A DNA stretch of 63,514 bases, filler included, from Octopus bimaculoides (Eukaryota), in assembly GCF_001194135.2 (NCBI RefSeq). It is 6 parts of 6 records of this genome, joined end to end, with 100 filler letters (N's around TTAATTAATTAA, not from the genome) between each part and the next. Parts side by side here need not be neighbours in the genome. Positions count along the whole stretch, not along the records: positions 44,251 to 50,115 come from NC_068982.1; positions 50,216 to 58,841 come from NC_068999.1; positions 58,942 to 62,387 come from NC_069003.1; 3 more parts are not named here. One strand, 5' to 3'. Below, one piece after another: positions 48,030-60,311 of this stretch (position 1 is its first letter; every line of letters begins with the position of its first letter). A program made the position numbers and the translations under genes. Below the pieces are notes generated by a model. It made no database searches. It saw nothing but the letters and a program-made list of their open reading frames with translations, and was not told the origin of the DNA.

Positions 48030-49445
48030 GTAGCATATGAAACGCACACATTGAAAACATATACAACAAAAGAAGCAGAACAAAAAACGAAACAAACAGA
48101 AAATTATTGTCATTGATTTCGATGCTTTGAATAGGATCTTTACGGCTTAGAATGGCAACCTCCATTACCATCAGCCAAAAACTATCCCACAAGTCGAACT
48201 AAAATCACCGAAAATGTAAAAAAAAAAGACCTGTCAAAATCAACAAAAGACACTAGAGCTACTAAATCGAAGTCCTACTTTAAAACTAGAAGGAAGTTTC
48301 AAAACAGAATCATTTTTTTTAACTCCTTTATTCTAAAACCTCTAGCTTGTCTCGCATTTCAAGGAAAGGTTCATACACATCAACGGGAAAGGATATATTC
48401 AGCGTTAGCATGGCTAAAAAATTTACGCGGATGCAACCGAAAGAAATCATGGAGTTAAATAAAACGACAATTATGGAACTTTTCACTGTTAATCGATTAA
48501 AGGCCAAGATTGATAAGCTGACTGAGAAGAACGTAGTTATGAAACTTAAGATAATGGAATTTAAAAAGATCGCCCAGTTTAATAGCGATGCTTTTGATGA
48601 AAAAATTAAAGATATCGTAAAACTTAGAGACGAGGCATTGGAAGAGGGTGAAAAACAGGAAATAAAGCTTTCGGAACTGGAGAAATGTTTGCGACAAAAT
48701 AGCCTTTGTTTCGACGGCTTCAGCGAATGTAAGAGCGATGAAATTTGGGCGGATATTCTTCAAAAACGGCTTTGGGGCTACAAAAAGAAATAAAAATTGA
48801 GTGACGTCTCCGCATTGGGAAGAAGGAAGACGGCAAAAAGCGAACGATCGTAGTCAAGTTCCTGGATATTGAAGATCGTGAATTTGTCTTGGAAAAGTTC
48901 AAAGAACTGAAACTGTGGGAACATGGAATTAATGTAAAAGAAAATTTCTCGGAAAAGACACTCGATATTAGGAGAAAGTTAATCGCTGAAGCGAAAAAAC
49001 GACGTAAAAATAAACTTTATGTCCGAGTTTCTTACAAGACTTTGATTACAGATCTAAAAAGTAAAGAAAACAATGAACGAGAAGCAGAAATCGGACTAAA
49101 CGAGTAGGTGGGTTTTTACCTTTTTTAGTGAACTCAAAAATGTTTAACTTCTCCATTAAAAGTTAAAATAAATAGCACTAATGATATATCTGATAATAAT
49201 TATATATCTGAGTTATTACGTATTTTGAGAAATAATAATTTGTACGTGATGAAATAGATCCTGGTGATTTCGCACGACATTCAGAAAGTGTCATTGACAC
49301 TACGGTTTATGACTTTCCATTTATTGAGGAGACCTCGTGCTCATTTAAATTCGGAAATTCACTGTAAATTATAAGTTTTAACATAAAATCTTTGTCAAAA
49401 ATTTTTGTTGAGCTGAAAATATTATCGGCTTTTCCTTTTAAATGT
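48030..49445 (+). mobile_element. CR1/L2-group LINE 5' portion: coiled-coil plus Transposase_22/RRM-like ORF1 and the start of ORF2
   Basis: ORF1 ...KLSELEKCLRQNSLCFDGFSE...W / HRIGKKEDGKKRTIVVKFLDIEDREFVLEKFKELKLWEHGINVKENFSEKTLDIRRKL. It is followed by IDP...IISFNIKSLSKIFVELK (compare H.NIRSL.KN.DEL at the start of an APE domain). Confidence 0.85.
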
Positions 49446-49469
49446 TGTTATTTGCCTAGAAGAAAATTG

Positions 49470-49545
49470 GGCAAAAGACTCTATTTATTTCTTTATAGAA
49501 TCTCTTCTGATCTACTCTGAATAACCTATTCTGGTGGTAACCCTT
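49470..49545 (-). mobile_element. short RLE LINE fragment (R4/Dong-like)
   Basis: KGYHQNRLFRVDQKRFYKEINR, the same motif as in the 1-180 fragment. Confidence 0.6.
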
Positions 49546-49553
49546 CATCATCA

Positions 49554-49615
<62 letters not shown>

Positions 49616-49690
49616 GTTAGCACACCGGGCGAAATGCTTAGCGGTATTTCGTCTGTGTGACACAGGTTGAAATGCTTAGCGGTATAACGA
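49545..49690. repeat. (TCA)n(TTA)n microsatellite followed by a SINE family A head on plus
   Basis: Directly visible; gttagcacaccgggcgaaatgcttagcggtatttcgtctg. Confidence 0.9.
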
Positions 49691-49719
49691 CTCCGTGAAT
49701 TTGGACTATTACTTATTAT

Positions 49720-50115
49720 TTTAGTGCGTCTGTACAGTAAGTGCAAGTTTCCATTGACTGTTTTTGTGTGTTCTTGTTAAAACTATTGTGCGATAGTCTT
49801 CGTTCGAAAACTATCGTGTGTTTCCCCTATGGGGGAAACAGTAATTTCTGGTAAGATGCCGAATAATGTATCTTCGTCTGGCGAAGAGGCGTCAACCGAG
49901 AGAAAAAATATAGAAAATTTATTGTTTGGAGAAGTTTCGGATTCTTCTGAAGAGGAGTTTCCAAATCTATCAAATTGTACTGTTACAAGGAGGAACATAA
50001 ATGTGACAAGCATACAAACGGAAGAAAAACAAAAAAGAAGTTTTGCGTCGGCGGCTGGAGGTGGAACCCGCCAGCTGTCGACAAACAAAAGCGACATATT
50101 AAAATATAAAGACAT
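49720..50115 (+). mobile_element. probable 5' UTR and ORF1 start of an L1/Tx1-type LINE, cut by a scaffold junction
   Basis: Stop-free MGETVISGKMPNNVSSSGEEASTERKNIENLLFGEVSDSSEEEFPNL...RSFASAAGGG runs up to the gap. Acidic/Ser-rich leaders with an SFA.AA motif are typical of Tx1-like ORF1. Confidence 0.55.
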
Positions 50116-50215
50116 NNNNNNNNNNNNNNNNNNNNNNNNNNNNNNNNNNNNNNNNNNNNTTAATTAATTAANNNNNNNNNNNNNNNNNNNNNNNNNNNNN
50201 NNNNNNNNNNNNNNN

Positions 50216-50293
<78 letters not shown>

Positions 50294-51377
50294 CTTCCGT
50301 CTTCCAAATTTATTTACAAGTCTTTGGTCAGCCCAGGGGTGTAGTAAATGTGACCCACCAAATGTGCCCGCCGCGCAATAGTACTGAAGCGGAAACTACG
50401 TGTTTGTACAGCGAACTACTCAACAACAGATCCATAACTGCGCCTAACACAGCCGTGGTTTGCCTACAGCCAGTTTATGCGATTTTGTATTTAGACAATA
50501 AAAGACATAAACAGCATCTCTACTGTAATGTTTTTTGCTACTTTGCTCTGTGAAATGGAAGAAGTTGGATAATCGTGAGGGTCGTGGTTTAGATATTTTC
50601 TATTCGTTTCTGTAAAGAAATCGTTTTATGTACTTTTGCAAACATCAAACGAAACGTTAGAATTGCAGCTATTTTTTGGTGAAAGATGTGTATTGCGAAG
50701 GAAATTAGATCTAAAGATTGCCTGAATAAACATTTCTTTGTCCTTTCTTTAAGGAGTTTTCACTAACAACTTTCAGGAAGACTAAGATATTTATTATGTT
50801 TGTATTAACAGACAGATATCGAGAACAAAATATAGGTAGGGCCAAGAAAGAAAAAAAATATACAAAATAACAGTGTGGGGAATCAGAAAGAAAGCTATTA
50901 GTGTCTAAGTTAATGTGGAATAGAACAGAAAAAGAAATACATGAAATATGGAGTACTAGTATACTGAAAGGGCATTTGAAACAATAGTTTGTATATGTTT
51001 ATTTATGTTCCGTTGAAAAGCATTTTCTCTTTCTGTTTTTGCTCGTGTAATGAGATGGAGAGATGTATACGATTCCAAAATAGTTTTTGGAAAGAATATC
51101 TCACCTTACTAGCAGTTTTGGTTCTATTTCTTTCATATGCTTTATTACATAATATATCATTCGTTAACAAATAGTTTTATAGATTTCTTTGAAAAAAAAA
51201 AAAGAAGGAAAATAAAAGAGAAATACATATATTCCAAAAATGTCTCCATTTATGTTTAATATCGTTTAATTTATTTACCTGGGGTTATATTATTTTGCTG
51301 CTTTGAAATATAAATGAAATGACAGTAAAAATGATAACCTAAGTATAAAAATTTTAATATGTTCATAATATACAAGC

Positions 51378-51473
<96 letters not shown>

Positions 51474-52139
51474 AATACATCATCTACCTTGTTAATCCAT
51501 TTTAAAGTTCAAAACGTCTATATTCGTCAGATGTTATGTATAAAATATTATCCCGCTTAAACTATCTGTTCACAAGAGAACTCTTCTTATTTCAATGTCT
51601 GCTGTTACATATTTCGTCTGCCGTTACATTCTGAGTTCAAATTCCGCCGCGGGTCGACTACATAAACCTTGAGTGCCTTTAACAAGGTCCACTCTATGAA
51701 ATTCGTCAGTATAACGAAATTCTAACATGAGCATCTAATTTCCACCTAAAGTCAACTCATCTTTTTAAACATTATTTTTTCATCTATGTTAGAAGCCAAT
51801 GCGATATTGTGGACATGTAGTCCGATATAAATTTATTATTTTTTCCTTTCCTCTAATATTTATCAAACTAGTTTTAATAAATAGGCTGGAAAACCAGTGA
51901 ATAAGACGCACAAGTTTTTGGATCAAACATATTCTAGTTCAGCAAATAAAATAATATAGATGTATTATGAAATCTAATTCTTGCTCTCCTGTTTCATTAC
52001 GATGAATTCATGAGGTCACTGGTGGAGAGACTTCAAGTCTGATGACTGAAATTAAATACTTACGTTAATCAATAAATCTACCACAACGATAAAATATCCA
52101 CGAAATCTATTAATAAAGCGAGCACTCAGAAAATGGAAT

Positions 52140-52520
52140 CAAACAAGATATATGGGTGCGTGAGTGTATGTGTTTGTGTGTGTGTGGGTGTGTGTAAGAG
52201 TGTATGGGTCTGTGCGGGAGTGCGTGGATCTGTTCGTGAATGTGCGCATCGGTGTGTGAGACTGTGGGTCTGTGGTTGTGTGTGTGTGTATGTGTGTGTG
52301 TGTATGTGTGTGGGTCTGTGCATGAGGGTGTGGGTCGGTGTGTGGAAATGTGGGTCAGTGTGTTAATATAAGGGTCAATGTGTGAGCGTGTGAGTTTGTA
52401 TGTAGGTGAGTGAATCTGTGTACGAGTATGCGGACCTGCGTGCTAGTATGTGGATCTTTGTGTGAGCGTGTAAGTTTCGGTGTGAGTACGTGGGTCCCTG
52501 TTTGTGTGTGTGGATCTGTG
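52140..52520. repeat. degenerate GT-rich repeat with a recurring tgtgggtctgtg unit
   Basis: Directly visible. Confidence 0.85.
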
Positions 52521-52529
52521 AGTGTGGAA

Positions 52530-52620
52530 TCTCGACCTTAGAATTTGAATTCAGAACCTAAAGTCAGACGAAATGTCGCTAAGAATTTTGCCCGGTGTGC
52601 TAACGATTCTGCCAATCTCG
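52530..52620 (-). mobile_element. SINE family A head fragment
   Basis: tcgaccttagaatttgaattcagaac...gctaacgattctgcca. Confidence 0.75.
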
Positions 52621-52954
52621 CTAATAACAGATGACAACGTATCTCTAGAAGGAAACGGAGAAACTCACAAAACACAAAGATCTGGAAATAGAGGTAACTG
52701 AAATGTGGAGCTTATGAACAGAAACAAACCCATAATACTTGGTGCATTAGGTATGATTAAAAAACAACAACATTCAGACAAATACATAACCAAAACATCT
52801 GGACTTGAAGAATGTGTATAACATACTTATAAAGCACCGCGCACATCCTACGAATGTGAAAATAAGATCACCACAACAAACCACAGCACCCACCCGAGAC
52901 GCACACACAGCTGCAGTCGGTGGTGCAGTGAAAGCACGTAGCACGTGATAAAAA

Positions 52955-52958
<4 letters not shown>

Positions 52959-53012
<54 letters not shown>

Positions 53013-53022
53013 GCTTCTGCTG

Positions 53023-53080
<58 letters not shown>
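52959..53080. repeat. compound (CTA)n-(CTG)n-(ATG)n microsatellite
   Basis: Directly visible. Confidence 0.95.
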
Positions 53081-53084
<4 letters not shown>

Positions 53085-54607
53085 AAATATGTTGAATAGA
53101 CGTCTTGTATTGCATAAAAAGAGTTGCATTGTTCATATAAAACGCTTTTATAAAAAAGATGAAGCGTATAAAATTACACTTCATCGGTTTTAGGCAGCAG
53201 ATACACACACAATTATTTGTTCCGTGTTAAATATGAATATGTGATTATATATATATATATNNNNNNNNNNNNNNNNNNNNNNNNNNNNNNNNNNNNNNNN
53301 NNNNNNNNNNNNNNNNNNNNNNNNNNNNNNNNNNNNNNNNNNNNNNNNNNNNNNNNNNNNNNNNNNNNNNNNNNNNNNNNNNNNNNNNNNNNNNNNNNNN
53401 NNNNNNNNNNNNNNNNNNNNNNNNNNNNNNNNNNNNNNNNNNNNNNNNNNNNNNNNNNNNNNNNNNNNNNNNNNNNNNNNNNNNNNNNNNTATATGTAAA
53501 GCTACTAGTGTTTTCTTTCTCTGAGCGATTTATTAATACGTTGCTTGTGCAGAAAAGCAAATATTTCACAAGTGATTCATAGTTTAATTATTCTCTACAC
53601 CTATTTCGAGTGATAAAAGGCCCCATAATTTATATAATTATGCAAATAACATACATTACAAATTAATTTAGATGTAATGGGTTACGCATTTGCTCATGAG
53701 ATTCAAAACCAAATCTGTAAATATCAAAATGTCGTTAACGATATCAATATGAGGTGCACCGCACGCAGAAAAAAAAAAACAAAAACAAAAGAAACAACAA
53801 CAGTGATAAAATATACAACCCAGTTTGAAAGGAATCAATAGAGAATGACACAGAGATAGAAAGCCAAGAGAATCTATAAGTATTTATATAAAAATATATG
53901 TAATAAAAATATTAAGAAATTTAATTCTATCAGGTTTTCGTATACGTACTTAAAGGGACATGCCTAAAATGAGGGCCCCTAATTCGTTATTGGTGAATTT
54001 GAACCCATTCTAGAGATGAAAGTATCTAGTAAGAAAAATAGATAGAATGTATATGTATAAAAATATAATGGGGATATGTTAACAGAAAATGTACACATGT
54101 TCAAATGTTGCAAGGACGAGAGCACAGTTTCAAATCTGCTACAGAATAATATACTCCACAGCAGTTAAGATGATTAAATTATTTGGAAAGGTATGAATGT
54201 AATATACTCGTCACCAATATTCTGAAATAAATTGTATACTTGTCCTTAGTAAAGAGAAAACTGCAAAACATTTCGTATTCTGTGTAAAAAAGACAAAAGC
54301 TCTTCACGACCGGAGTTGGTGACGCAAGCTCTCATTTCCCTCTTGACAAGAAGACGTTAAATTAAAGCCACTTGTGTATAGTCACACTAAGAGACTTCTA
54401 CGTACATACGTATGCATATATGTATATATGTATGTATACACGTATGTACACATGTAGATATAAATGTATATATTATACAATGGTTTTTCCAGAGATGAAT
54501 ACTGGAGTAGGGGAAAGCGTTTCTATCGAATTATCAATAAAAATGAGGCAACATTGCAGAACAGTAATTGCTGCTATGTGTATGTAGCACGATAACCATC
54601 TCTCTCG

Positions 54608-54648
<41 letters not shown>

Positions 54649-55460
54649 ACACGCATATATTTATACATACACACACACACACACAGATACACATACGCAT
54701 ACATAGACAAATAAATACATATATATACGAATATGTGTGCGTGTGTGTAGGACTGTGCTTGTCTTTATAAGTATTCTTTCAGTGTTCGATATCTTTTAAT
54801 CGATATCTCTATAATTATTTGGTATCTCCCCGAATATCCTAAATTGATATTATTTCTTTGTCCTTCTTCACCACTTGACATACATTGCTTTTTCTCTGTC
54901 TTTAGTGCTTCTTTCATCACTTACCACTTACTTCATCTTCACCTCCATCTTCTATTCTATCTCATTCCGTTTTATATTAACATTCTTCAACTCTTGATAG
55001 TTATTAATCACAATTCAATTACTTTCGTTCTTACTTAGAAACAACTGTTCATTCTATTCAATACTATATTCCTTTCTTATACATTTACTACAGTTTTACA
55101 TTCGTGCGTAGCCCACCCATCCTTCTTCCGCCGAAGACAGCTGTCCACCCTCAAATTTCGAACGCCGCCTCCATACTCACCCGCTATATACTATATAATA
55201 AAACCGATTTTGTGATTGTTTTCAAATTGAAATCCTCGTTCTGCTTTCATTTTGATAAAACAGAAAACATCCCCAACAAACAGTGCATGTGTATGTTAGA
55301 TATATACAATTGTAATTTTACAATATATTATTAAACCAAACGAAAGCAATCACACACAAATGCGAATATCGAATATTGCATATCGATCTCTATGTATTGG
55401 TAGAAGAACAAGATTTTATTGTTTTGATTTACACACACTCACACACAAAGACACACATGC

Positions 55461-55493
<33 letters not shown>

Positions 55494-56845
55494 CTTACAT
55501 ATACACACACACATACACACGTATATATATTTGAAGAAATGACGCCGGAGAGAGAGTGTACAGCAAATTATTTAACTGATCACGTGAAATGTCTGTTATT
55601 TATTTTATTGACGACCCTTCTTCCTGCGGAAGGATAAAGGCTGAAGTCACCCTCGATGATGTATGACGGAGCAATGTAAATATGATATTACGTAAGTCAA
55701 TACTACAACCAATTTAATATAACGCTCAACTGCTTCTGCGCAGCGCCATTGAGAGCATATATGTGTGTGTCTATGTATATATATATATCTATCTATATAT
55801 ATATATATATATATNNNNNNNNNNNNNNNNNNNNNNNNNNNNNNNNNNNNNNNNNNNNNNNNNNNNNNNNNNNNNNNNNNNNNNNNNNNNNNNNNNNNNN
55901 NNNNNNNNNNNNNNNNNNNNNNNNNNNNNNNNNNNNNNNNNNNNNNNNNNNNNNNNNNNNNNNNNNNNNNNNNNNNNNNNNNNNNNNNNNNNNNNNNNNN
56001 NNNNNNNNNNNNNNNNNNNNNNNNNNNNNNNNNNNNNNNNNNNNNNNNNNNNNNNNNNNNNNNNNNNNNNNNNNNNNNNNNNNNNNNNNNNNNNNNNNNN
56101 NNNNNNNNNNNNNNNNNNNNNNNNNNNNNNNNNNNNNNNNNNNNNNNNNNNNNNNNNNNNNNNNNNNNNNNNNNNNNNNNNNNNNNNNNNNNNNNNNNNN
56201 NNNNNNNNNNNNNNNNNNNNNNNNNNNNNNNNNNNNNNNNNNNNNNNNNNNNNNNNNNNNNNNNNNNNNNNNNNNNNNNNNNNNNNNNNNNNNNNNNNNN
56301 NNNNNNNNNNNNNNNNNNNNNNNNNNNNNNNNNNNNNNNNNNNNNNNNNNNNNNNNNNNNNNNNNNNNNNNNNNNNNNNNNNNNNNNNNNNNNNNNNNNN
56401 NNNNNNNNNNNNNNNNNNNNNNNNNNNNNNNNNNNNNNNNNNNNNNNNNNNNNNNNNNNNNNNNNNNNNNNNNNNNNNNNNNNNNNNNNNNNNNNNNNNN
56501 NNNNNNNNNNNNNNNNNNNNNNNNNNNNNNNNNNNNNNNNNNNNNNNNNNNNNNNNNNNNNNNNNNNNNNNNNNNNNNNNNNNNNNNNNNNNNNNNNNNN
56601 NNNNNNNNNNNNNNNNNNNNNNNNNNNNNNNNNNNNNNNNNNNNNNNNNNNNNNNNNNNNNNNNNNNNNNNNNNNNNNNNNNNNNNNNNNNNNNNNNNNN
56701 NNNNNNNNNNNNNNNNNNNNNNNNNNNNNNNNNNNNNNNNNNNNNNATCGCTGACGGACATAGGAAGCAGAAACGGCTTTTAGAAATTTTAGAAAGTTTT
56801 GTATTAAAAAAAAATAATAATCGATGGTAGTCAATTTGTTTGTTG

Positions 56846-56915
<70 letters not shown>

Positions 56916-57676
56916 ATAATAATAATAATAATGGTAATGATAATAATAATAATACATACATACATACATACATATATACATATATACATACATACATACA
57001 TATATACATACATACATATATACATACATACATATATATATACATACATACATACATACATACAGATAATAATGATGATGACGATGGTGACGGTGATGAC
57101 GATGATGATGATGATAAAAGCATCACTTTTTTAAGCAGTCCTTCATCCTTCCGCTTCTTTCTGTTGAAGATCCAGTTGATACTCAAGAGCTGTATATTAA
57201 ACAGTCTTACACTTTATCTGGCGTTAGTTTTGCTTCATTGCAAGTTATGTGAAAATACTGCCAAGTTATATAATTCATGCGAATTCAGAAGGAATATTTG
57301 AATAAAAAAGAAAATAAGAAAAAAAAAATGGAGAAAGCGTGAAAGGAGATAAAGATGGAGAATGAGAGAGACTTAGAAGATGGAGAGCGCTTTAACAAGA
57401 AAGCAGGAGCGAGAAGCGGTAGTGAAATAATTTTGCTCGTATATTTCACCCACGCAAGATTTTCCAAGACTCTTTTGTTACTGACTTACTGATTCCATCA
57501 AATCCTCAAACAAAACCAGCTTCGTTTCTACAATGTTGCAGAAAAAAAAATGGAGCAGCGAAGATGGATGCATACACAAGGTGATCGGAATAAATTTGAC
57601 AATATATTATGTCACCTTTTTTTCAGGAACAGCCAACGGTTGTCAACGGCGTTGGAGAGCACAAAGACTAAAGCTC

Positions 57677-57900
57677 TACTCTCTTTTACTCTCTTTTACT
57701 TGTTTCAGTCCTTTGACTGCGGCCATGCTGGAGCACCGCCTTTAGTCGAGCAAATAGACCCCAGGATTTATTGTTTGTAAGCCTAATACTTATTCTATCG
57801 GTCTCTTTGCCGGAACCGCTAGGTTACGGGGACGTAAACACACCAGCATCTGTTGTCAAGTGATGTTGGGGGGAGAAACACAGACACACAAACATATACA
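57677..57900 (-). mobile_element. SINE family B 3' half
   Basis: tactctcttttactctcttttacttgtttcagtcctttgactgcggccatgctggagcaccgcc... Confidence 0.9.
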
Positions 57901-58091
57901 CACATACATATATATATATGTGTGTGTGTATATATTTATGAATAACGTATATATACATATATATACGTATAAATACATATATATAGATATATTTACTATT
58001 TATAAAAATAGGGTGATAAATTGATTATTAATTCAATTTAAAACCAAGTGACCTAGCATATAAAAAAAATCTGAAAATTCAGAAAAAATTG

Positions 58092-58263
58092 TATTACACC
58101 TGTATAAGGGATGACCACTAGTTGTACATCTAATATGCTAGAAAGAGGTCATCAACGACCCAACCACAAAGAAAAATAATGTTCTTTGTGGTTGGGTCGT
58201 TGATGACCTCTTTCTAGCATATTGGATGTCCACCTAGTGGTCATCCCTTATACACGTGTAATA
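58092..58263. repeat. near-perfect inverted repeat: 82-bp arms, 8-nt loop, 4 mismatches
   Basis: 58092-58173 (tattacacctgtataagggatgaccactag...ccaaccacaaagaa) versus the reverse complement of 58182-58263. The loop is aaataatg. Confidence 0.97.
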
Positions 58264-58750
58264 TATATAGGTATATATATATTTATATATATACACACAC
58301 ATATATATGTATATATTTATTTATATATATATATATATATGCATACATACATACATACATATGTATGTATATACACACATGTATACATATATCTTTATGT
58401 ATGTATCAATGATGTCAGTCAGTGATATATCGAATAGAAGGTGATAAATTTATTTATGCGTAAAGATCGTTTCCAATGGCGCGAATATAATGCTGCCTCC
58501 GTGAAACTACAGCTTGGTAAATAACATATAGTCCGGCGCATGTGTCACAGTAGATGTACTAGATGTGACGTTTGAACGGCTAAATTGAAGACATGCAACT
58601 TCTCACAGTAAGCATGTCACATCTCCCTTGTGACAGCTAAGTTCCCATACAGGAATAAATATATGCATAAGGAAATAAATACGACAAAATATACAATGAA
58701 GTAGAAAATACTGATTCCTGCGGGAACAGATAGTGAAATGCTGAAATACA

Positions 58751-58815
<65 letters not shown>

Positions 58816-58943
58816 GTACACACACACACTTATATATATATNNNNNNNNNNNNNNNNNNNNNNNNNNNNNNNNNNNNNNNNNNNNTTAATTAATTAANNN
58901 NNNNNNNNNNNNNNNNNNNNNNNNNNNNNNNNNNNNNNNNNAT

Positions 58944-59208
58944 ATTCTTTTATTCTTTTATTTGTTTCAGTCATTTGACTGCAGCCAAGCTAGGGCACCA
59001 CCTTTAGTCAAACAAATCAACCCAAGGACTTATTCTTTGTAAGCCTAGTACTTATTCTATCTGTCTCTTTTACCGAACCGCTAGATTACGGGGACATAAA
59101 CACACCAACATCGGTTGTCAAGCGATGGTGGGGAACAAACACAGACACAAGCTACTTACCACAAGCTACTTACCACAAGCTACTTACCACACAGCCGCTC
59201 CTGCGCCT
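58944..59208 (-). mobile_element. SINE family B with a central deletion and a triplicated 14-mer at the junction
   Basis: The 3' half is joined directly to the head, with acaagctacttacc x3 at 59147-59188. Confidence 0.88.
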
Positions 59209-59251
59209 GTAGCCACTCTTAACACAATCAGCAAGAAGGTAGATCTCATAC

Positions 59252-59900
59252 CCTTCACAAACTCTTCACGATTTGTTGAAGGACAATAAGGATGTAGTTT
59301 ATAAATTCACTACACAAAACCGTGCGGTTAGGCTCAGCTCCACTGCGTTTTCTTTGTCGCTGGCTGCTTGTCGCTGGCTGCTTGTCGCTGGCTGCTTGTC
59401 GCTGGCTGCTTGTCGCTCGAGTAGCAGAAAACGATGATATATTTCGTTGGCTGCGGGAATAATAACTGAAGCAAACCCACAAATATTTAACTGAAATATT
59501 TACTGCCGCACATAAAGGTATTTGGTGTTGGTTATTTACAAGGAACAATATTAATAATTGTCTTGTGGAATAGAGAGAAAAACTGCACCGCGCCCCTAGA
59601 AGTTACTTACGAGACATTGTGTAAATGTTCACTTCGGTCTATCTGAGAACCTGGAGTTGTCTACGCAAAAGTTCAGAACTGTGTGCCTGGTAAGAGAGGA
59701 AGCGCATGATGCTCAACCGCCTTCAACACTCTGCAATTAATTTGGTGCCAATATGGTTTTGATACGGGACTAAAACCAAATTCTAGAACGTTCGAGAAAA
59801 TAGAATCACGCGACAGCCTCACGCTGCTTGTTCGATTAATAGACCGATCACGTGAAACTATGGTGATTCATACATGGTGTCTGACCGAGTATCTAGTAGT
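59252..59900. promoter_or_regulatory. CpG-retaining unique sequence, possible promoter or first-exon region
   Basis: Locally high CpG outside recognisable repeats. Minus-strand donor AGG|gtatga at 59252/59251, plus-strand donor CTG|gtaaga at 59689/59690, and CACGTG at 59849-59854. Confidence 0.25.
59354..59417. repeat. GC-rich 14-bp tandem repeat (ttgtcgctggctgc) x4.5
   Basis: Four exact copies plus a partial copy. Confidence 0.97.
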
Positions 59901-60044
59901 TAGGTTTTGAATCACCACTACACCTTGTCAGCGAAATATGATTGACAAAAATAAATGGAGACCATTGCATATTATACACACACATACACATTTACGAGCC
60001 ATGATGATTTGGGTAAATACGGCTTGTAAATTAATTTTAAAATA

Positions 60045-60290
60045 TTGCTTCCCAATCACATGATTTCGAGTTTCAGTTCAACTGCGTGGAACCTTGGTTC
60101 AAGTATCTTTTACTATAGCCTCGGGCCGACCAAAACCTTGTGAGTGGATTAGGTAGATAGAAACCGAAAGAAGCCAGTCATGTATAAGTACTGGGGTTGA
60201 TTCGTTCGACTAAGATCCTTCAAGACTAAGATCCTAAGATGCTCCAACGTGGCCTCAGACAAATGACTGAAAAAGGTTAATAGAAAAAAT
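60045..60290 (+). mobile_element. SINE family B, partial or deleted
   Basis: ttgcttcccaatcacatg...tactatagcctcgggccgaccaaaaccttgtgagtgga...ctccaacgtggcctcagacaaatgactgaaa. Confidence 0.8.
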
Positions 60291-60311
60291 AAATATGTAT
60301 ACACACACATA

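Noticed and set aside
59354-59417. Short tandem arrays considered as CRISPR-like
   Set aside because: There are no spacers between units, the context is eukaryotic, and no cas genes are present.
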